In this document: positions 55,301 to 64,000 of the stretch, in pieces
Layout: each line of letters starts with the position of its first letter
Numbering within the stretch: the stretch's first letter is position 1
DNA from: Octopus sinensis
Lineage: Eukaryota
Direction: 5' to 3'
DNA length: 64,000 nt
Assembly: GCF_006345805.1 (NCBI RefSeq)
Contig: NC_043006.1
Location: 71,548,001-71,612,000, forward strand
The notes under the pieces: model-generated
What the model saw: the letters and a program-made list of their open reading frames with translations, nothing else
Told to the model about the DNA's origin: nothing
Databases searched by the model: none
Program-made: the position numbers and the translations under genes

Positions 55301-55373
<73 letters not shown>

Positions 55374-55575
55374 TTGTACCCTCCTCCCAACATCGCTTGA
55401 TAACCGATGCTGGTGTGTTTACATCCCCATAACTTAGCAGTTCAGCAAAAGAGACCGATAGAATAAGTACTAGGCTTACAAAGAATAAGTCCTGGGGTCG
55501 ATTTGCTCAACTAAAGGTGGTGCTCCAGCATGGCCACAGTCAAACGACTAAAACAAGCAAAAGAGTAAAAGAGTA
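55141..55575 (+). mobile_element. Full-length tRNA-derived SINE, family 1 (CORE-like)
   Basis: Head gtggctgtgtggt..., CORE-like caccttgggcaagtgtcttc, internal (TA)n and tail gtcaaacgactaaaacaagcaaaagag. Other copies near 10585, 12650, 20395, 21340, 23690, 27715, 34005, 38800 and 45830. Confidence 0.85.
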
Positions 55576-56204
55576 ACAGGTCCTTCCATTTTTAAAAGCA
55601 ATACAGATTTTGCTGCTGTTTCTTGTAGATTACATTATCTTATTAACTCTCAAGTTTCCACAGCTATCGTTGTCGTCTAGCCCCTGATCAACCCTGAACA
55701 AGTAAAGCTATTTTAGAGCTATTTATAACTACAATATCTAATGTTTCTTTCCCCTTTTTTTAAAGAAGATAGAGTGTGATTTGAGGGAACTTTGGCTGCT
55801 ATTTCGAACCCGTTGAGCGACCACATAGATGGTTGTTTCTTAGGTCTGTCAACACCCACCTCTTCTACTGAAACTAGCAACTATAATAGTTTCTCCTCCC
55901 TTGAACAAGCAAGTTAAATATTACCCTTATTTGCCTTTCTCCCTCCCTGCCCCCACATCTCTTCATCCCTACATGTCCCCTTCCACATAAAACAACACAC
56001 TAAACACTTTGTTCAGTCCTTTCTCAACAGAGCAGCCATCCCCTTGAATTTCTCTTTAGCTTACATTTCCTTTCACATATCACATACAGAGGTTCAAGCT
56101 GAGCATCAGCCTCATTGACCTCTCTAGTCTTAGAGGAACTGCACAAGCCTTGAGTACCATCCATTTTCTCTTTGGAATGGATTTTAAAAAAACAAAAACT
56201 TAGA

Positions 56205-56490
56205 AATTTATAGGTGTAGGAGTGACTTGTTTCCCCACCTGAAACTTCTTTAGTTCTGATAGTGACTCAACAATTAGAGCAAGGTCGTCAGCATAGAGGA
56301 GCTCCCAGGGGCATCCTGTCTTGAATTCTGTTATTGCCTGGAGGACTATGATAAATAGGAGGGGGCTGAGGACTGAACCTTGGTGGACCCCTACCTCTGC
56401 CCGGAATTCTTCACTGTACTTGTTGCCAACCCTCACCTTACTGACAGTGTCCCTGTACATGGCTTGCACAGCTCTCACTAACCACTCATC
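56205..56490 (-). mobile_element. RTE reverse transcriptase fragment, same segment as 16686-16950
   Basis: VGVHQGSVLSPLLFIIVLQAI and WELLYADDLALI. Confidence 0.9.
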
Positions 56491-56558
56491 TATCCCTATT
56501 CGTTTTTGGATTTGGTTTGCAAGATTCTTTATGTGAGTTCGTGTTTTTGAAGCATATT

Positions 56559-56641
56559 CTGTTGTGTCAGGGGAGAGTCATTCTCTTTTTGTGTTAAATT
56601 ATAAGGCACCAAAAGAGAATGACTCTCCCCAGACACAACAG
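56559..56641. repeat. 31-bp inverted repeat (1 mismatch) with a 21-nt spacer
   Basis: ctgttgtgtcaggggagagtcattctctttt pairs with aaaagagaatgactctccccagacacaacag. Confidence 0.9.
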
Positions 56642-58545
56642 TATATATATATATCGTTTTTTTAGAAAAACATTAATCCAGAGAAGAAGCTCACTCTAAG
56701 AAGTAGAGCAGCCTATATTTTTTCCCTAGTGATGGCAGGTTTATGGGGTTACCCTGGGTTTCCCTTTCATAAAAGGTTTGGATGGGAAACCCAGGTTAAT
56801 CCCATATACACAAAGGGGTCCGTGGGAAAACTCATTTAAATAAAAGGGATCCTTGTTAGTGAAATGGTTGGGAACTACTGAAGTAGTCTAAGATTCATAA
56901 ATTACTATTTGTACAATTATGTATATCATGGGGTCCCAGTCCCTTCCAGGGCAGCTGGCCACAAATCTATTCTATGAAGAGAATGCCCTAGATGTGTCAC
57001 ATGTCTTGCAGTCATGCCTTTTGAGTTACTGACTATAATTTATTTCTTTATTGCCCACTGGGGGTTAAACATAGAGGGTACAAACAAGGACAGACAAAGG
57101 GATTAAGTCGATTACATCGACCCCAGTGTATAACTGGTACTTATTTCATCGACCCTGAAAGGATGAAAGGCAAAGTTGACCCCGATGGAATTTGAATTCA
57201 GAACATAACGGCAGACAAAATACCACTAAGCATTTCGCCCGGCATGCTAACACTTTTGCCAGCTCGCCTCCTGACTATAATGGGTACTTCTACCTCATCT
57301 GCCATTTCTGTCTTTGTACACTTAAGGAGTGAACACTCTGTACAACAACCCTTCTGAAATTGTTGGTAGCCTCTACCTCTGCTTAGTTTTGCTCACTAGT
57401 CAAAGTGAGGTACCATGGCGTGGCCATCAGTGTGCACTGCTGACTTCCAGGAATCATATGTAACAGCTGTGTAATTCTCAGAGACCAGTGTTCTACAAAG
57501 GTGCAACTCATTATGCACTAGGCCAAAAACTACTCTGTAAAACTACCTTGAGCAAATTAAACACATCTACAAGACAACCCCCACACCCATTGCATTGTGT
57601 AATGTGGTGGCTGGTGGACAAGCAAAGATTATGTGGGGTCAAGAGTACTCCTATATCTTGTTGATGATAAAATAAAATCTCTAGTGTTGATGATATGATT
57701 ACATGCGCTCACTATAATCTGTAAAGTGGTTGGTGAATAGAAGGGTATTATTAAACCATAGAAAACAAAGCCAAAACTGAAGCTTATGAGTGAGATGTGT
57801 ACCTCTGACCCATCTAGGAGGGCAGTGTCTAAATAAGAACTGGTTTAAATTGTAACAAACCCAACCCACATTAGTAAGGAAAGTAGACATAAAATTATGA
57901 TGATGATGATGATGATGATGGATGATTAAGTGTATCTATGTACACATACATGCATAGACATTAATGCAAAACATGCATACAAATTAAGCACTTGATTAAA
58001 ATAGCTTCACTGCTTTACTGCTGAGAAATAAATACAGAATAATTAAATTTGATATCATACATTACTGAGAAAGACAACCTGCAGACTAATAGCTTGTCTG
58101 TATTACTCTTTGTTTTCTTGTTAAATTCATTATCATACCTGCTCACTGGTGTTTATAGAAATGGATATACTGAATCTAGAAAAAACAGCCTTTCATCTTT
58201 TCCTTGTCAACGTTCTGAATCTGTATAGGCTAAGTATTAAACATATCAACTAGCAATTGGATCTCCACAGACATTGGAATGAAATTTGGTGCATTTATAG
58301 TGGTAAAATGAGGAGAAATTATGCTCAGCTAAGATAGACTATAAAATACACTGGCCTGACAATACAATCATGGAGATATGCAAGAATTACAAATATTTGG
58401 GGCAAGATGAGATTGACAAGTATAATGAATCTTTTAATTAGAAGAAGCGAAAATATATTCACCTCAACAGATTTTGAAAATGTGGGCATTACACTTCTGA
58501 GAATACAAGGGTATCATTTACTATATTTTTGAAATAAAACAGGTG

Positions 58546-58590
<45 letters not shown>

Positions 58591-58677
58591 AAAGTTTACG
58601 AAAAAAACAAAAGACGAAGACAGGTGGTGTACAAAACAAACAGATGTATTAGTATAACGCTCAAGAATAGAAAAAGT

Positions 58678-58713
58678 CTTTTACGTTTCGAGCCTACGCT
58701 CTTCTACAGAAAG
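58678..58713 (-). ncRNA. Minimal type-I hammerhead-ribozyme-like motif (Penelope-type) with a variant core
   Basis: Minus strand reads CUUU-CUGUAGA-A-GAGC(GUAG)GCUC-GAA-ACGU-A-AAAG: stem I 4 bp, stem II 4 bp, palindromic ACGU stem III. The core has U at the normally invariant A6. Confidence 0.55.
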
Positions 58714-59469
58714 GTACACAGAAAAAACAAGGAGAGAAAAAAAATGTGTGTAGTGGCTAACGATCTATGATGACTGTGAAGTGGTGAGCTTGCAGAACTG
58801 TTACTGCACAGGACAAAGTGCTTAGCAGCATTTCATTCATCTTTACATTCTGAGTTCAAATTCTGCTGAAATTGATTTTGCCTTTCATCCTTTCTGGATC
58901 AATAAAATAAGTACCAGTTGAGTACTGGGGTCAATGTAATCGACTTACTCATCCCCCAAAATTGCTGGCCTTGAGCCAAAATTTGAAATCAGTATGTGTG
59001 TGTGTGTGTGTGTGTGTGCATGTGTGTGTGTGTGTGTGTGTGTGGTTATGTAAATACATGCATGTGAGGCAATGTAGTAAGAGGTTTGCTTCCTGACCAT
59101 ATGGTTCCAGGTTCAATCCCATTGCATGGCACCTACTATAGACCCAGACTGACCAGAGCTTTGTGAGTGGATTTAGTAAACAGAAACTGAAAAAACCCCA
59201 TTGCATGTGTGTGTGTGTGTGTAAGTGGAGTGTGAGGTTTTTATGTTTTAAGTGGTGCAAGAAACAGTATACATGAACCTGGAAACCCTTCAACTAACAG
59301 TAATCATTCAGTTCTTCCGGAGACCTCACTCTTTCGGCCTTTCATCTTCTTTCATTTTCTCATTTTCATTCTTACATCTATAGGAATAAAACAATTTTTT
59401 GCTCTCAAAAAACCCAGTTCTTTCCTGGTGCTGTGTTTTTTTTAATACATATTTGTTGTAAATAATTAC

Positions 59470-59509
59470 CTGCAGTTCAAAACGTTTGGAAAGAAGTCAT
59501 CAAGAGAAA
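59470..59509 (-). CDS. Candidate micro-exon (xSLDDFFPNVLNC)
   Basis: Acceptor ccttttctgcattactgccttcag and donor cag|gtaatt; one open frame. No homology recognised. Confidence 0.2.
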
Positions 59510-60421
59510 CTGAAGGCAGTAATGCAGAAAAGGTACCATAAAGTGATTATAATGGATTGTAAACTTGATGGTTAAAAAAGGCTTGGTGCAAGAGAAAAAC
59601 AAATCATCCACTTAAACAAAACATTAAGGCTTGCAAAATTTACAATGCAAATAATATGTGACAACAGAGAGAGAATTAAGTCAAGTGCTCAAGAAGATAC
59701 AATGTTAATTGCTTGGACTTTATTTTTTTCATAGATCTAATGTAATGTTTAAAATAGAATGGCTCCTGAGTGTATGGATTAAAGATCAGATTTGACGTAA
59801 TGTATCAATTAGCATGATGATGATTAAAAAGAAATAACCCAAAATTTGTATGACAATTACAGAAAAAGGAGGGTGAAGTCTTTGTTGTTGTCACTAACTT
59901 CATCGCCACCACCACTGCCATCGTCATCATTGTCATCATTATCATCATCATTGCCATCATGATCATCATTGCCATCATCATCATCATCATCATCATTATT
60001 GACATTATTATTTCTAAAGCGGTAGAATTGTTAGCACACTGGGCAAAATGCTTTGTGGCATTTTGTCTATCGTCATGTTCTGAGTTCAAATTCTGCCGAG
60101 GTTGACTCTGCCTTTTATTCTTTCAAGGTTAATAAAGTGACTACCAGTTGAATGCTAGGGTCAATGCAATTGACTTACCCCTCCACCGAAATTCTGGTCT
60201 TATACCAAAATCTAAAATCAATATTTTTATTATTTCTTGCTAGTAAAATCTGGTTTGAAAGATAAAAGAAATGCTGAATTTGCACATCGTAAAAAATGAC
60301 GCCAATGCTGATACAAAGGCTGCTTTTAAGTTGAAGAAAATGATTGTTGAAATAGCACTGTTCCTGGAGCTCATTCATGCCAGAACTTTTATTTCTTGAG
60401 AATAAAAATCAACACTAGGGT

Positions 60422-60891
60422 TTAACCCTTTCAATACCAACCCAGCTGAAACCGCCTCTGGCTCTAGTACAAACGTCTTGTTGTCATAAGTTTTGAATTA
60501 AAATCTTCCACCAAACCTTAGTCACAATTTATGTTCCTGACTCTAGCTTAATGATAACTAAGTAATTTTGCTAATTTCTTTGTTATATTTAAAATTAATT
60601 GAAAGAAACACAGAGCATCTCAAAAGAAATATGGTAACAAAAGGGTTAACAAATGATTGATTCAGCCCTTTTGGTACCAACCCTGCTGAAACCAGCTCTG
60701 GCTCTGTGGTACAAATGTTTTATTGTCATAAGTTTTAAATTAAAATCTTCCACCAAACCTTAGTCACAATTTATGTTTCTAACACTAGCTTAATGATAAC
60801 TAAGTTATTTTACTAAATTCTTTGTTATATTTAAAATCAGTTGAAAGAAACACAGAGCATCTCAAAAGAAATATGGTAAAGAAAGGGTTAA
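60422..60891. mobile_element. Tandem pair of piggyBac-like MITEs
   Basis: Two ~228-bp units, each ending agggttaa; same family as 5350-5580. Confidence 0.75.
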
Positions 60892-61124
60892 AGCTTCCAA
60901 AGACCATTTGAAGCTTCTTCCAGGAGGAATTGCTTCTGGTGATATAAAATGAAAGCTCCTACTCATATATCATTCTGAAAGCCAAAGGACTTTCAAGAGT
61001 TATGCAGTGTTTAATCTACCACAGAACTTCCTCATCCAGTAGTTGTAGTTTTGCTGCTTCACACTTCTTAATTATGATTTCATACTGTCAAGGACAGAGT
61101 AATGCAGAAAACACAATGACGTCG

Positions 61125-61176
61125 TCATTGTCGTCATCATCGCTGCTGCTGCTGTTGTTGTTGTTGTTGTTGTTGT

Positions 61177-61210
<34 letters not shown>

Positions 61211-61222
61211 ATTGTTGTTGTT
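61125..61222. repeat. (CTG/TTG)n trinucleotide tract
   Basis: Direct reading; explains the poly-Leu ORF. Confidence 0.9.
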
Positions 61223-62417
61223 AGCGATATTTCTTTAGCTCCAGATCAGCCCTGACTCAGCAGACATACAATCAATTGTGTTCCAGCCATGACCATCTAC
61301 ACATGATAGTGTATTTAGGACTACATTATGTCACAGGTTCTTCTATCACGTTATTGTTGTTCTTTAGATCCATGTCAACCCTGATTCAGCTGACATATGA
61401 TTAAAAGAAATGTCCCACCAGTGACCATTCCATCTTTTATTCTGACCCAGTACATTTAAAATAACACCACTAAATCTGTCCTTCATCCTTTTGAGAAAAT
61501 AAGGTATGGTTTGGGAGAAATTTGTTTGCTATTTCTAACAATTAGAGTGACCATGTAGGAACACCCTTCATTACCAACAAGGGTAACAGTTAACTGATCT
61601 TGTTTTCCCGTCCCTGTTAATATTGTTAATATGATTTTGTTGATTAAAACATTGTGTTAATCTGTGAATCCCTCATTCTTGTGACACACAACATATTACA
61701 TTGTCAAGTTACAATAGTGAAGGAGAGGGTGCAGTATAAAAGATTAAATTAGAAAACACTGAAGCAAAAAAGAAGATATATTTGGGTTCTGAAAAGAAGC
61801 TTAAATGAAAACAACTTGATTTTTGATTTTTTGGACCAGCTATTTAGGCCCCTAAGAAAACCTACTGAGGATATAAACAATAACTTACCTTGTGATTTGT
61901 AAAAGAATTAGCCTTCACTTGTAGCAAGAACAAACAATTAAATAATCACAATAACCTTTAGTTGCTTCATCAGTGATCTGTGACAACAGTGAGTGGAGAC
62001 AGCATTTTTACCTGTACCTATGTTGTCAGCAGTCATCTGTGAAAATGATCTGTTATAACAACAGTGAGTTAGGTTAGCATTTTTATCTCTGTCATCCTCA
62101 TTCAACCATGACAAGGATCAGCTGTGACAACAGTCACTTTTAAACAACAGCTATGTAAATAATCCAAGATTTACTGTGTCAGACAAAATAATCTACTCAC
62201 ATTTCCCTTTCACCATAGAAGCCTGGTAAAGTGATATGGCTGAATGATCAAAGGTGTACAGGTATGTTTGGATGGTTAAGTTTTCTTTGGTGTCACTTGC
62301 TTCCAGGTTCACTCCCATTGTGCCACTCCTTGGCAAGTGACTTCTATCATACCACATATTAGAAGAATATATTCCAAGTGTATGTTGGTTGAAAGAAACT
62401 GAGCTGAAGCCCATATT

Positions 62418-62462
<45 letters not shown>

Positions 62463-62638
62463 TGGACCACTGAAATCTACAAGTTTTTTCATTCATCCTC
62501 TCTGTTTAGTTTCTCTTATTCCTTTCTGCTGAAGAGCATAGGCTTGAAACAGAAGAGGCATTTTCACTTTCCCAAGCTAATACACTCATTTGTTGTTCAC
62601 ACATCTGTCTTCATCTTTTTTTTCCTATAAATTTCATT

Positions 62639-62675
<37 letters not shown>

Positions 62676-63559
62676 GGGGGAGAGAGATTTACACACATAC
62701 ACATATCTATGTGTTTGTAGAGGTGGGCAAGTCTGCGTGTGTTTTGCTAATGCAAATGATATGAACACTGGTAAGGGAAATGAAAAGCCAGTGGTCCTAA
62801 CATTTTTTTTTTTGTGCAACAGTTTTCTGTCCCATTTTTCAAATACTCCTTTATCGCTCTCCTCATTAATAATACAGTGAAGCAATGATTGGTCCATTGG
62901 GACCTACAACCGATGAAGCTATTGTACCCTAACTGTGATATAAAATAAATTGATAATAAACAGAGGAATCAGAACAAATGTTCAAGTTGCCTCCTTTCTC
63001 TTTCTGGATTATCCCTTCATCATGGCGATTCTGCCAGCTCATCATCTTATCTTGCGTAAATATTGGTTTCAAATTTTGGCACTAGGCCAGCAAGTTTGGA
63101 AGAGGGGTTAAGTTAATTACATTGACACCAGTGTTCAACTGGCACTTATTTTATTGATCTCGAAAGGATGAAGGGCAAAGATGACCTCAGCAAAATTTGA
63201 ACTCAGAACGTAGATGTACGAAATGCAACGAAGCATTTTGCTGGGCGTGCTAATGATTCCGCCAGCTCGCCACCCTATAATGCGTAAATATTGATTTCAA
63301 AATTTGGCACAAATCCAGTAATTTCGGGGGAGGTAAATCGATTACATTGACCTGAGTCTGCTAATGATTCTGCCAGCTCGCCGTCCTGTCTTGCGTAAAT
63401 ATTCTTTTTTACTCTAGGCATAAGGCTCGAAATTTTGGGGGAGGGGCCCAGTCGATTAGATCGAACCAGTACGGAACTGGTACTTAATTTATCGACCCCG
63501 AAAGGGTGAAAGGCAAAGTCCATCTCGGCGGAATTTGAACTCAGAACATAAAGACAGAT

Positions 63560-64000
63560 TAAGTCGATTATATCGACCTCAGTGCGTAACTGGTACTTAT
63601 TTAATCGACCCCGAAAGGATGAAAGGCAAAGTCGACCTCGGCAGAATTTGAACTCAGAACGTAGCGGCAGACGAAATACCTATTTCTTTACTACCCACAA
63701 GGGGCTAAACATAGAGGGGACAAACAAGGACAGACATAGGTATTAAGTCGATTACATCGACCCCAGTGCGTAACTGGTGCTTAATTTATCGACCCCGAAA
63801 GGATGAAAGGCAAAGTCGACTTCGGCGGCATTTGAACTCACAACGTAACGGCAGACGAAATACCAATTTCTTTACTACCCACAAGGGGCTAAACACAGAG
63901 GGGACAAACAAGGACAGACATAGGTATTAAGTCGATTACATCGACCCCAGTGCGTAACTGGTACTTATTTAATCGACCCCGAAAGGATGAAAGGCAAAGT
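63560..64000 (-). repeat. 184-bp tandem repeat built from SINE family 2 sequence, running off the window
   Basis: taagtcgatta(t/c)atcgacc at 63560, 63744 and 63928; units nearly identical. Confidence 0.9.

Noticed and set aside
60260-60400. Coding-like stretch (KNDANADTKAAFKLKKMIVEIALFLELIHAR)
   Set aside because: No usable splice sites on the plus strand and no family recognised.
62219-62261. Plus-strand exon KPGKVIWLNDQRCT
   Set aside because: The donor coincides with the head of a decayed SINE and the body resembles a common repeat.

Overview
Eukaryotic, AT-rich, repeat-dominated DNA. The SINE/LINE families and microsatellite load look like a coleoid cephalopod (Octopus-like); this is an inference from repeat recognition, not a database hit. 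One protein-coding exon is confidently recognisable: the first coding exon of an LRRFIP (flightless-interacting) gene on the minus strand at 43504-43596 (MTSTAANSGRRRITTKAYTAEDQALDQIARE, phase-0 GT donor), lying in a CpG-retaining block. I could not find its second exon (AEARLAAKR...), so 1-43503 is probably one long intron. The rest is mostly transposon debris: Tigger/pogo, mariner and maT-like fragments, RTE LINE pieces, three tRNA-derived SINE families and several MITEs. The most unusual structures are: a head-to-tail array of Helitron-like elements (49.5-52.4 kb), minimal hammerhead-ribozyme-shaped motifs with a non-canonical core, two near-perfect fold-back palindromes, a CRISPR-mimicking higher-order minisatellite in an RTE 3' UTR, and a few orphan exon candidates. 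Most ORFs in the supplied track are microsatellite or repeat artefacts. Repeat boundaries are approximate.
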